Below are positions 33,749 through 42,252 of a DNA stretch of 50,369 bases, piece after piece; the stretch's first letter is position 1, and each line of letters starts with the position of its first letter. Below the pieces are notes generated by a model. That model was not told the origin of the DNA. It was given only the letters and a program-made list of their open reading frames with translations, and searched no databases. Origin of the DNA: Elusimicrobia bacterium RIFCSPLOWO2_12_FULL_59_9 (lineage in GTDB: Bacteria > Elusimicrobiota > Elusimicrobia > O2-12-FULL-59-9); NCBI GenBank assembly GCA_001800185.1, contig MGUX01000066.1:1-50369 (forward strand). Reading direction: 5' to 3'. A program made the position numbers and the translations under genes.

Positions 33749-34303
33749 ATGAAAATATTTTCCATAAAAAACGGATGGATAGGCGCTCTGACGGCGGCTG
33801 CGGGACTCAATCTGGCGAGCTGCAAGAAGCCTCCGCAGGCTTCGCCCGAGCCGCGCTTCAGCGCGGAGCAGTTTGAGGCGCGCTTTTATTACGATCTCGG
33901 AGCCGCGGAGATCGACATCAGCTCATATCCTAAGAAACAGCAGGACGGCTACGCCGTTTTCGCCAGGACGTGCTCTCAGTGCCACACTTTGGCGCGGCCC
34001 ATCAACGCTCCTTTCGCCGTTCGTAAAGATTGGGAAAGATACATCCAGCGCATGCATATCCGGACGGAGAGCCGGCCCGGCACCGGCATATCCAAAGCCG
34101 AAGCCGCCGTCGTCCTGGATTTTTTGGTTTACGATTCCAAGATTCGTAAACTGGATAACAAAAGCGAATTCGCGGCCAAGACGGAGGAACTGCGCCGGCT
34201 TTTTGATGAGGTGGTGAAGGAACGCGACAGGCTCAATCTGGGGAAAGTCGAAGGCAAGGCGCGCCCCCCCGGCCCGTATACGGGAGACAAGCCCCGGCCT
34301 TGA
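33749..34303 (+). CDS. Small monohaem cytochrome c lipoprotein, family copy 3
   Basis: ATG 33749 lies 8 nt after GGAG. The signal MKIFSIKNGWIGALTAAAGLNLASC carries the lipobox LASC. The core is YPKKQQDGYAVFARTCSQCHTLARPINAPF...FLVYDSKIRK. Confidence 0.75.
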   Translation: MKIFSIKNGWIGALTAAAGLNLASCKKPPQASPEPRFSAEQFEARFYYDLGAAEIDISSYPKKQQDGYAVFARTCSQCHTLARPINAPFAVRKDWERYIQRMHIRTESRPGTGISKAEAAVVLDFLVYDSKIRKLDNKSEFAAKTEELRRLFDEVVKERDRLNLGKVEGKARPPGPYTGDKPRP

Positions 34304-34304
34304 T

Positions 34305-34320
34305 TGGCCGTTTTGTTGCA
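34305..34320 (+). promoter_or_regulatory. Sigma54 promoter P7 for the decahaem/porin operon
   Basis: The plus strand reads TGGCCGTTTTGTTGCA, 63 nt upstream of ATG 34383. Confidence 0.65.
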
Positions 34321-34382
34321 AATGAGGATAGCGTGAGATGGCGTTCGACATAAGCTGTAAATCAAGATAGGGAGAAAAGACG

Positions 34383-35348
34383 ATGAAGAAAACCATCCAT
34401 TGGATCGCATCGGTTATGGCTGTGTTGACCGTCCTGTTGTTTAGCCGGGGCATAGAACCCCGCGTATCCGCCCAAGAGGGGGAAGCCGTCTCAACCGCCC
34501 CGTCCACCGAGCAGCCCGCGGCAAAAACCGCCGAATTTGTGGGCGCTGAAACCTGCATCGCCTGCCACGCGGACAGGGCTTCCTTCAAGGATAATATCCA
34601 TGCCAGAGCCTGGCCGGCCGCCAAAGGGATCGATTTTTCAAAATCCTGCGAGACCTGCCACGGGCCCGGCTCCTTGCACGGCGGGGCTGCCGGGGACAAG
34701 GGCAATGCCGATTTTTTCACCATCAAAAATCCGAAAACCCTTTCCAGCAAGAACGTTGCAAAATTGTGCCTGGAGTGCCACCAGGGCGGTAATCGCTTTC
34801 ATTGGGACGGTGGTTCCCATGATTCGCGGGACGTTTCCTGCCTTTCCTGCCACAGCCTGCACCACGCCAAGAGCAAGGAGGAAAAATTCCTCCTGGCGAA
34901 AACCACGGAAATGGAAACCTGCTATCAATGCCATAGCGTGAAAAAGGCGCAGTTTCAGCGCTCCTCCCATATGCCTCTGCATGAGGGCAAGCTGACCTGC
35001 ACCAGTTGCCACAATCCCCACGGCAGCGTCGGCCCCACTTTGTTGAAGCAGGCTTCCGTCAACGAAAACTGCCTTTCCTGCCACGCCGAGAAAAAAGGGC
35101 CGTTTTTGTGGGAGCATGCCCCGGTCCGCGAGAACTGCTTGAACTGCCACACCCCTCACGGCTCGAAACATGAAAAGCTCCTTAAAACCAAGCGGCCCAG
35201 GCTTTGCCAGCAGTGCCACATCATCACGCGGCACCCTTCCACCGCCAGCACGCCCTCCAGTATTACCCTTGTGGGACGGAGCTGCACGGAGTGCCATTCG
35301 CAAATCCACGGGTCGAATCATCCCGCAGGCGTTCGCTTCCAGAGGTAA
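34383..35348 (+). CDS. Periplasmic decahaem cytochrome c of the MtrA/DmsE/MtoA/PioA family
   Basis: 321 aa with a signal peptide and ten CxxCH motifs. It has the family-typical C-terminus CTECHSQIHGSNHPAGVRFQR. An MtrB/PioB-like barrel gene follows immediately. Confidence 0.85.
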   Translation: MKKTIHWIASVMAVLTVLLFSRGIEPRVSAQEGEAVSTAPSTEQPAAKTAEFVGAETCIACHADRASFKDNIHARAWPAAKGIDFSKSCETCHGPGSLHGGAAGDKGNADFFTIKNPKTLSSKNVAKLCLECHQGGNRFHWDGGSHDSRDVSCLSCHSLHHAKSKEEKFLLAKTTEMETCYQCHSVKKAQFQRSSHMPLHEGKLTCTSCHNPHGSVGPTLLKQASVNENCLSCHAEKKGPFLWEHAPVRENCLNCHTPHGSKHEKLLKTKRPRLCQQCHIITRHPSTASTPSSITLVGRSCTECHSQIHGSNHPAGVRFQR

Positions 35349-35357
35349 GGAGGAAAT

Positions 35358-37541
35358 ATGCGTTTACAAAAAATCATCCCGGCCACGTTGGCAGCCCTCA
35401 TTTTGGCGCCCGCCGTATGGGCCTCCGACCCCAGCGTCAGTTTGGACTTCGGGGGACAGGCGGTTCGAGGCGACGTCGCCTCTTCCAAATTCGATGAGTA
35501 CATAGACATTCCGCGTGGATTTTACGTGGAAAGTTTGGGCTTGCGGAATTATGGAGACGATTATTATTTCCGGCTGGACGGAGCGAAGCCCGGATTTAAG
35601 GACCAGAGCCTGAACATCGAGACGGGCATTTGGGGACTCCATAAGTTTTCTCTCGGTTACGATCAAACTCCCCACAACCTGTCCAACAGCGCGCGGACGT
35701 TTCTCAGAAACGACGGGGAGGGGGTTTTCACGTTGCCGGACAATCTGCAATCAAGCTTGCAGACGTCCACCACCAACGCGGCGGGTTTCTTTCCGTGGGC
35801 GCCCGGCATTCCCTTAAGGGTGGACCGGACCAAGAGCAGCCTTGCCTACACCTACAGCCCGACGGGACCTTGGCGGGTCAATCTCGGCTACTCCGCTGAG
35901 AAGAAAGACGGGCAGAAGAACATCGGCGTAAACTTCGGTTTCCAGATCGCAGAGGCCCCGGAGCCAGTGGATTACCTGACTCAGGATCTAAACTTCGGGA
36001 CGGAGTATGTCGGCAAAACTCTGGGCTGGAGGGCGAATTACAACTTTTCAGCCTTCGCCAACGGCATTCACTCGTTGACGGTCGACAATCCGGTCAATTT
36101 GACCGATACCGCGGCGAGCGCCAGCGGGAGCTCCACTCCCGGCACGGCCCGGCTTGCGCTGCCTCCCAACAACCATTCCCACCAGTTCAGCACCGACTTT
36201 TCCGCAAAGACCACGGCCAAAAGCCATCTAAACGCCAACGCCTCCTTCACGTCTCTAAGGCAAAACGATCCCTTCCTGCCTCCGACCTCCAATGCGGTTA
36301 TTTTGAGCAAGGCCCGGGTGGCGGGCTTCGTGCCTCAATCGAGCCTGGACGGCATGGTCAACACCCTCAACGCGGCTTTGAGGTGGAATTGGAAGCCGGT
36401 AACCCCCGTGTCGGTGAACGTTCGCGCCAAGCACTACGACATCGACAACCGGACGCCCGAACTGACGCTCGAGCGGATTCCGTACGATTCTTCCTATTCC
36501 ACCGGAACCCCAACGAAGTCGTTTAAATACGGGAATGTCAGGCGGAGCCTTCCTTACAGCTACGATAAGACCAACGCCGGCGCCGACTGTTATTACTCCA
36601 TCGCCAAGCCTTTGAGCATGAAGCTGGCCTATGACTGGGAGAGGATAGGGTACGACTTTTTCGAGGCGAAGGCCACCCAGGAGGATATTTACGCAGTGTC
36701 CTTTAAGGCGGGTCCATTCTATGACTTGGTCGTGAGGCCGAGCTATCAATACGCGCGCCGCATCGTGAAGGATTATAACGAGGAGCTTCACTGGGCCGAG
36801 GAGTCATTCCCTCTGGGCGAGGGCACGGCTCTTGGGGAAATGCCGCAGTTGAGAAAATTTGACTTGGCGGGCCGCAAACGCCATAAGGTTACGGTGCGCG
36901 CCGACTGGGATCCGCTGGATTATCTCAATGCCGGAGTGGATTACGGCTTGACTAAAGACGATTATGACGCGGAATATGGGGTCCAGGACGGGCGGACTCT
37001 CTATTACTCGGTGGACGCAAGCGTTAGTCCCTCGGATAGGCTGGGCATTTACGCAGATTATAGCTGGGAACAGATGTCCGCATTCACCCGTTCCCGCTAT
37101 CGCAGTTCAACAGCCGACGATCTCGTTGCCAACGACTGGGCGGGAGTCCTCAAGGACACGGCCCATTCCGTGGATGTCGGCGTCCAATCCGTTTTGCTAA
37201 AAGACAAACTAGACGCGGATTTGGGCTGGGGCATGACCTATCTCAAGGGCCTGCAGCAGGCGAGCAATCCGGGCACCATCACCACCGCCAGCGCTTTGGC
37301 CACGGATTTCCCCAATACTTATTCTCGCCTGCAGAAGCTCCGCGCCAGCATGCGCTACCGCTGGTCTCAAAGCCTGACGGCCAGGCTTGGTTACGAGTAT
37401 CAGCGCTACACCGAAACCGACTGGTCGCAGGATGACTTGGAAGTCTATCAGAAGGATTGGGCCACCTCGGTGTTTCTGGGGGCCGCGCAGACCGGCTACG
37501 AGGCGCACTTGATTTCGTTGGGCCTGTCCTACGCGTTTTAA
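35358..37541 (+). CDS. MtrB/PioB/MtoB-family outer-membrane beta-barrel (porin partner of the decahaem cytochrome)
   Basis: 727 aa with a signal peptide (ALILAPAVWA). The N-terminal motif region is SSKFDEYIDIPRGFYVESL. Alternating beta-strand pattern runs throughout, with the C-terminal OMP signal LSYAF. Confidence 0.8.
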   Translation: MRLQKIIPATLAALILAPAVWASDPSVSLDFGGQAVRGDVASSKFDEYIDIPRGFYVESLGLRNYGDDYYFRLDGAKPGFKDQSLNIETGIWGLHKFSLGYDQTPHNLSNSARTFLRNDGEGVFTLPDNLQSSLQTSTTNAAGFFPWAPGIPLRVDRTKSSLAYTYSPTGPWRVNLGYSAEKKDGQKNIGVNFGFQIAEAPEPVDYLTQDLNFGTEYVGKTLGWRANYNFSAFANGIHSLTVDNPVNLTDTAASASGSSTPGTARLALPPNNHSHQFSTDFSAKTTAKSHLNANASFTSLRQNDPFLPPTSNAVILSKARVAGFVPQSSLDGMVNTLNAALRWNWKPVTPVSVNVRAKHYDIDNRTPELTLERIPYDSSYSTGTPTKSFKYGNVRRSLPYSYDKTNAGADCYYSIAKPLSMKLAYDWERIGYDFFEAKATQEDIYAVSFKAGPFYDLVVRPSYQYARRIVKDYNEELHWAEESFPLGEGTALGEMPQLRKFDLAGRKRHKVTVRADWDPLDYLNAGVDYGLTKDDYDAEYGVQDGRTLYYSVDASVSPSDRLGIYADYSWEQMSAFTRSRYRSSTADDLVANDWAGVLKDTAHSVDVGVQSVLLKDKLDADLGWGMTYLKGLQQASNPGTITTASALATDFPNTYSRLQKLRASMRYRWSQSLTARLGYEYQRYTETDWSQDDLEVYQKDWATSVFLGAAQTGYEAHLISLGLSYAF

Positions 37542-37556
37542 GAAGGAGGGAAACGC

Positions 37557-38537
37557 ATGAAACGGTTTGTCGCCTTATGCTTGTTGTTTTGCGTTTCCGG
37601 CGTCCGCGCGGCCGACAGCGGCAAGGGCAAGGAAGTTTTCGGCGCCAAATGCGCCTCCTGCCACGGCAAAGAGGCCAAGGGCAATCTTGCCATGGCCAAG
37701 ATGTTCAAGCTGGAGCCGGCGGCTTTGGACTTGGCGGACGAGGCGACCTTGACCAAGACCGACGATGAGCTTATTGCGATCGTGACCAAGGGAAAAAACA
37801 AGATGCCGGTATTTGAGGGCAAGCTTTCCAAAAAGGAGATTGCTGATTTGATCGCCTACCTGCGCGGGCTGGGAGGAGGCAAGGCCAAGGCTGCCAAGAA
37901 AGCCGATGGAGGGCCCGGCGCCAAGTTGTACGAGGCCAAGTGCGCCTCCTGCCACGGCAAAGACGGCAAGGGCAAAGAGGCCATGGCCAAGATGTTCAAG
38001 CTGGAGCCTGCGGCTTTGAATTTGATAGACGAGCCCACCTTGGCCCAAACTGACGAGGAACTGATCGCCACTACGACTAAGGGAAAGAACAAGATGCCGG
38101 CCTTCGAGGGCAAGCTCTCGGGCGAGGAACTCGCCGTCCTGGCCGCCTACATGCGCGAGCTGGGCGGGGGTGTGCCCAAGGCCGCCGGCGCGGGCGACGT
38201 GGAGGCCGGCGCCAAGCTCTATGAGGCCAAATGCGCGTCCTGCCACGGCAAAGACGGCAAGGGCAAAGAGGCCATGGCCAAAATGTTCAAGCTGGAGTTG
38301 GCGGCCCTGGACCTGATTGACGAGGGGAGCCTTTCTAAAACCGACAAAGAGCTCTTCGACCTCACGGCCGAGGGCATCAACAAGATGCCGGGCTATAAGG
38401 ACAAAATGAAGGCCGAAGAGATAGACGCCGTCATCGCCTATATGCGCTCGCTGGCTCCGGCACCGGTACCGGCGGAGGCGGCGCCCGAGGAAGAGGCAAA
38501 ACCTCAAGAGGGCGGGCAGGAGCCGGAAGGCGACTAA
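37557..38537 (+). CDS. Periplasmic trihaem protein made of three tandem class I monohaem cytochrome c domains (MtoD-like position)
   Basis: 326 aa with a signal peptide. It has three copies of KCASCHGK(D/E)(G/A)KG...KGKNKMP...(I/A)AY(L/M)R. The C-terminal tail is rich in Pro, Glu and Ala. Confidence 0.85.
   Translation: MKRFVALCLLFCVSGVRAADSGKGKEVFGAKCASCHGKEAKGNLAMAKMFKLEPAALDLADEATLTKTDDELIAIVTKGKNKMPVFEGKLSKKEIADLIAYLRGLGGGKAKAAKKADGGPGAKLYEAKCASCHGKDGKGKEAMAKMFKLEPAALNLIDEPTLAQTDEELIATTTKGKNKMPAFEGKLSGEELAVLAAYMRELGGGVPKAAGAGDVEAGAKLYEAKCASCHGKDGKGKEAMAKMFKLELAALDLIDEGSLSKTDKELFDLTAEGINKMPGYKDKMKAEEIDAVIAYMRSLAPAPVPAEAAPEEEAKPQEGGQEPEGD
37626..38498 (+). repeat. Three tandem 291-bp (97-codon) repeat units inside the cytochrome c gene
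   Basis: The TGCGC(C/G)TCCTGCCAC haem-motif anchors lie at 37650, 37941 and 38232, exactly 291 bp apart. There are long identical runs, for example ggcaaagacggcaagggcaaagaggccatggccaa. Confidence 0.9.
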
Positions 38538-38550
38538 ATCGTCGGGGGCT

Positions 38551-38566
38551 TGGCAATTTTGTTGCA
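38551..38566 (+). promoter_or_regulatory. Sigma54 promoter P8 upstream of feoB
   Basis: The plus strand reads TGGCAATTTTGTTGCA, 14 nt after the cytochrome stop and 126 nt upstream of the feoB ATG. Confidence 0.6.
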
Positions 38567-38601
38567 TGATATCGGGCGGGAAAGCCCCGGCCGCGGCGCA
38601 G

Positions 38602-38647
38602 TCGCGGAGAGGCCTCTTCCCCCCAACGGCAGCCCGCGAGGTTTTTT
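38602..38647 (+). terminator. Terminator-like or attenuator-like stem followed by a T6 run in the feoB leader
   Basis: TCGCGG (38602-38607) pairs with CCGCGA (38634-38639) around an internal AGAGGCCTCT palindrome, followed by GGTTTTTT. A second hairpin, GGGCCGG...CCGGCCC, lies at 38651-38679. It may terminate the upstream operon or attenuate feoB. Confidence 0.3.
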
Positions 38648-38691
38648 AAAGGGCCGGGGGTTCACAGAATCTCCGGCCCTTCCTTATTAAG

Positions 38692-40671
38692 ATGCATTCT
38701 CACGATTCTTCCATCCTGGATAATCCGGAGCACAAGCAGGTCGCCGACATGCGCGCCGTGCTGGTCGGCCATCCCAACGTCGGGAAGTCAGTCCTGTTCA
38801 ACGCCCTGACGGGCAAATACGTGACGGTTTCAAACTATCCGGGCACCACGGTGGACGTGGCTCAGGGCACAGGCCGCGTCCGCGGGCATCTTGTGGAGTT
38901 CGTCGACAGCCCGGGCATTTATTCTTTGGTGTCGCACAGCGAAGAGGAAAAAGTGACCCGGTCTCTGCTGCTGCAGTCTCCCGGCGTTTTGATTCAGGTG
39001 GCCGACGCCAAAAATCTCGCGCGGACGTTGAGCCTGACCTTCGAGCTCTCCGAACTGAACATCCCCATGGTTTTGTGCCTCAACATGATGGACGAGGCCG
39101 ATTCGTGGGGCTACCGCATCGACGCCGAGCGCTTGTCGGAAATCCTGGGCATTCCGGTCGTGAAAACGGTCGCCACTACCCAAGAAGGACTCGAGGAATT
39201 AAGAAAAAGCCTTTTCCAGGCCGCGCCTCCCAAGTGGAAGAACAGCTATCCTCCCGAGGTTCAGAGGGCGATACGGAACCTTCAGGCCGAGCTGCCGGAC
39301 AAGCTCCGCTTTATATCCGCCCTCCTGCTCCAAAACCACACACCTCCCGAGGATTTTCCATTGCTGCCGCCCCAGATTTCCGGCCGCATCGCGCATTGCC
39401 TGGAAAATATCCGCAGGCGCTTCCTCCGGCCTCTTCCGGCCATATTCATCGAGTCCAGAAGGGAGCAGGCGGCTTTGGTATTGGCGGAAGTTTTGACCTC
39501 GCCTGCCGCGCCTTTTTCGGTCCCGGCCGGCCGCGGCCTGCAGGTTCTGGGGCAATGGTGCTTGCGGCCCTGGCCCGGCTACCTGATCGCCGTCCTGGCG
39601 CTTTGGGCCCTGTATGAATTTGTCGGAGTGCTGGGAGCCCAGATTGCGGTTGATTTTTTGGAAAACACCGTTTTCGGCGGCACCGTCAACCCCGTGTTGA
39701 CGCGGGCGGTTCACCTTCTCGTCCCCTGGCCGTTTCTAAGGGATATGCTCATCGGCGATTACGGCGTGTTCACCATGGCGCTGACCTATGCCTTCGCCTT
39801 GATACTGCCTATCGTGACCACTTTCTTCCTGGCCCTTGGATTTTTGGAGGATACCGGCTACCTGCCCAGGCTCTCGGTCTTGCTCAACCGCGCTTTTAAA
39901 ATCATCGGCCTCAACGGCAAAGCGGTGCTGCCCATGATTTTGGGCGTAGGCTGCGGAACGATGGCGCTTCTGACCACGCGCATTCTGGACACCAAGAAGG
40001 AAAGAATTCTGGCCAGCTTTCTCCTGGCCTTGGCCGTGCCCTGCTCGGCGCAACTAGGGGTCATCTTCGCCATGACCGCCGGCCTCAGCGGGTCCGTTTT
40101 CGCGCTGTGGCTTTTTGTCGTCGTCGCCACATTTTTGGGCGCGGGCTGGGTGTCTTCGAAGCTTTTGCCCGGCGCTCCGGCCCCGTTTTTGATGGAGATT
40201 CCGCCGATGCGTCTTCCGCAGATGAAAAATCTGCTGACCAAGGTCGCCTCGCGGCTGAAATGGTATGTGTGGGAGGTGGTGCCGCTTTTCATTTACGGCA
40301 CTCTGGCGCTGTATTTTTTGGATGCCCTGGGCTGGCTCGGGGCCGTGGAGCGTTTTTGCGCTCCTCTCATCACCGGGCTTTTGGGCCTGCCGGAGAAGGC
40401 CACCGAGGCTTTTTTGGTCGGCTTCCTGCGCCGCGACTACGGCGCGGCCGGTCTCTACCAGCTCCAACGCCAGGGGCTCTTGAGCCTGAGGCAGAGCGCC
40501 GTGAGCCTGGTGGCCATCACGCTCTTTATGCCCTGCATCGCCCAATGGTTCATGTCGGTTAAGGAGCGCGGGCTCAAGGTGACGCTTGCGATCAGCGGCT
40601 TGGTCATTTTTTATGCGCTTTTAGTCTCGGCCGGCGTCAATCAAATTCTGCTGGCCCTGGGTTGGTCCTGA
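38692..40671 (+). CDS. feoB: Ferrous iron transporter FeoB
   Basis: 659 aa. The N-terminal G domain has GHPNVGKS, NYPGTTVD and DSPG motifs. A polytopic membrane domain follows. Confidence 0.95.
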   Translation: MHSHDSSILDNPEHKQVADMRAVLVGHPNVGKSVLFNALTGKYVTVSNYPGTTVDVAQGTGRVRGHLVEFVDSPGIYSLVSHSEEEKVTRSLLLQSPGVLIQVADAKNLARTLSLTFELSELNIPMVLCLNMMDEADSWGYRIDAERLSEILGIPVVKTVATTQEGLEELRKSLFQAAPPKWKNSYPPEVQRAIRNLQAELPDKLRFISALLLQNHTPPEDFPLLPPQISGRIAHCLENIRRRFLRPLPAIFIESRREQAALVLAEVLTSPAAPFSVPAGRGLQVLGQWCLRPWPGYLIAVLALWALYEFVGVLGAQIAVDFLENTVFGGTVNPVLTRAVHLLVPWPFLRDMLIGDYGVFTMALTYAFALILPIVTTFFLALGFLEDTGYLPRLSVLLNRAFKIIGLNGKAVLPMILGVGCGTMALLTTRILDTKKERILASFLLALAVPCSAQLGVIFAMTAGLSGSVFALWLFVVVATFLGAGWVSSKLLPGAPAPFLMEIPPMRLPQMKNLLTKVASRLKWYVWEVVPLFIYGTLALYFLDALGWLGAVERFCAPLITGLLGLPEKATEAFLVGFLRRDYGAAGLYQLQRQGLLSLRQSAVSLVAITLFMPCIAQWFMSVKERGLKVTLAISGLVIFYALLVSAGVNQILLALGWS

Positions 40672-40673
40672 TT

Positions 40674-41384
40674 ATGGATGTCAACAAGAAATATCCGATT
40701 CCCAGCACCGAAGAGGAGGATGTTGAGCAGGCGCTGGGCATTTTGTGGACTCAATTCGAGCAGGGCGTGATCAAAAAAAGCGAGCTGGAAGCGCTGCTCC
40801 AGGAGGCGATTCGTCCGGGGATATTGGAGGACCTGATCCAAGGCGGCTTCGTTTCTCAAACGGACGGCAACCTTTGCATGTCGGGCAAAGGCCTGACCAT
40901 CGCCCACGACATGGCCCGGCGGCACCGGCTGGCCGAAAGGCTCCTCACCGACGTTTTGGAGCTTCCCCGCGAGCAAATCGATCCCAACGCCTGCCGGCTG
41001 GAGCATGTCATCACCCGCGATGTCGAGAACGCGATCTGCACCTTGTTGGGCCACCCGCAAGCCTGCCCACATGGATTTTCCATCCCTCCCGGGGAATGCT
41101 GCATGAAGGCTTTGAAGCATACCGGCCCCATCGTGGCGCCGCTGAGCTCCATGCTGGAGGGCCAGGAGGGGCAAATCGTCTATCTCTCGCCTCATAACCG
41201 GCCGGAGCTGCACCGGCTGCTTTCCATGGGGCTTGTTCCCGGCAGCGTCGTCCGGGTCGTTCAAACCTCTCCCGCCGTCGTGGTTTCCACGCCGGACGGC
41301 ATTCTGGCGATGGACCCCGTTTTGGCCGACCACATTTTTCTGCGCCGCAAGAACGGCGCTGGAGCGCATCATGAAAAACAGTGA
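40674..41384 (+). CDS. DtxR/MntR-family metal-dependent regulator with a C-terminal FeoA/SH3-like domain
   Basis: I prefer the ATG at 40674 (MDVNKKYP); the ORF track starts at TTG 40662. It carries RRHRLAERLLTDVL, HPQACPHGFSIP and the FeoA-like EGQIVYL...LGLVPGSVVRV. Confidence 0.8.
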   Translation: MDVNKKYPIPSTEEEDVEQALGILWTQFEQGVIKKSELEALLQEAIRPGILEDLIQGGFVSQTDGNLCMSGKGLTIAHDMARRHRLAERLLTDVLELPREQIDPNACRLEHVITRDVENAICTLLGHPQACPHGFSIPPGECCMKALKHTGPIVAPLSSMLEGQEGQIVYLSPHNRPELHRLLSMGLVPGSVVRVVQTSPAVVVSTPDGILAMDPVLADHIFLRRKNGAGAHHEKQ

Positions 41385-41985
41385 CGAGCATTCAAGTCCC
41401 GTGATTCCTTTCGCGCTCGGGCTTGCCGCCGGAGCGGCGGTCGGGGCGTTGATCGCGTCGGCGGCTTTCGCCGACGTCCGCCGCAGGCTCAAAAATTGGG
41501 TCGGCGAGCACCTGAAAATGAGGCTTCTGGCGGAGATGAAGCGCCAGAGCCTGACCGACGAAATCCTGGCCGATCACCGCGCCATCCTGGGCGATCTGGG
41601 ACGCCTGGAGGGCCTGCTGGCCGCCTCTCCCGGCGGCGCGGAGCTCTCCTGCGCGGAGGTGCAGCGGCTGCTTCAGTCCTTGCGCAAGCGCCTGGCCGCC
41701 CATTTCGAGCTTGAAGAGTCGGGAGGCAAGTTCGAGGAGGTGACGGAGTTTCGCCCCGAGTTCAACCGGCAGGTCGCGGCGCTTTATGAGGAGCACCGCG
41801 AGCTCCTGCGGCGCGCCGACGGCCTGTGCGAGCTGGCCGAGACCCCCGCGTCCCAGGAAGCTTCCGGCGCCAGGACGCTTCAAAGGGCCTTTTTGGAGTT
41901 TGCCGCCGACCTCAGGCTGCATGAGAGAAAGGAGAACGACATCATCTTGGAGGCTTACCTAACCGACGTTGGCACCGCGGGTTGA
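41371..41985 (+). CDS. Membrane-anchored hemerythrin-like (HHE cation-binding) domain protein
   Basis: ATG 41371 (MKNSDEH) gives 204 aa with one TM helix (FALGLAAGAAVGALIASAAF). His/Glu pairs are spaced as in hemerythrin repeats (DHRAIL, AAHFELEE, EEHRELL, LHERKEND). The assignment is tentative. Confidence 0.4.
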   Translation: MKNSDEHSSPVIPFALGLAAGAAVGALIASAAFADVRRRLKNWVGEHLKMRLLAEMKRQSLTDEILADHRAILGDLGRLEGLLAASPGGAELSCAEVQRLLQSLRKRLAAHFELEESGGKFEEVTEFRPEFNRQVAALYEEHRELLRRADGLCELAETPASQEASGARTLQRAFLEFAADLRLHERKENDIILEAYLTDVGTAG

Positions 41986-41991
41986 GAGCGC

Positions 41992-42252
41992 ATGACGACA
42001 AGACGCCCGGTCAATTGGACTTCCGCCAAAATCCCGCAGGGGCAGGTTTATGTCCTGCCGGAGCGCTGCAAGGGCTGCCGTTTCTGCATCGAGTTTTGCC
42101 CCAAGAAGGTCCTGGCGGAGTCCGGGAGCATCAACGCCAAAGGCTACCACTACCCGGTCGTCGCGCCCGGCAAGGAAGCGGACTGCGTCCACTGCCGGTT
42201 CTGCGACCTGGTTTGTCCGGAATTTGCCATCTTTACCGAGGAGAGGAAATGA
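41992..42252 (+). CDS. korD: 2-oxoacid:ferredoxin oxidoreductase delta subunit (2x[4Fe-4S] ferredoxin)
   Basis: 86 aa with CKGCRFCIEFCP and CVHCRFCDLVCP. It overlaps the alpha-subunit start (ATGA). Confidence 0.8.
   Translation: MTTRRPVNWTSAKIPQGQVYVLPERCKGCRFCIEFCPKKVLAESGSINAKGYHYPVVAPGKEADCVHCRFCDLVCPEFAIFTEERK

Noticed and set aside
37575-38567. 330-aa ORF antisense to the triple cytochrome c gene. Other long antisense or shadow ORFs include 44811-46391, 48203-49591, 47295-48188, 12938-13978, 14243-15247, 27443-28549, 18744-19634 and 40641-41492.
   Set aside because: All lie entirely inside well-supported genes on the opposite strand. They are rich in Arg, Gly, Pro and Ala as expected for GC-rich shadow frames, and show no recognisable motifs, signal peptides or ribosome-binding sites.
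41971-41986. Perfect TGGCAC -24-like hexamer upstream of korD (TGGCACCGCGGGTTGA).
   Set aside because: The -12 element is TTGA with 6-nt spacing instead of TTGC with 5-nt spacing. The predicted transcription start would fall at or after the korD ATG (41992). It also lies inside the hemerythrin-like coding sequence.
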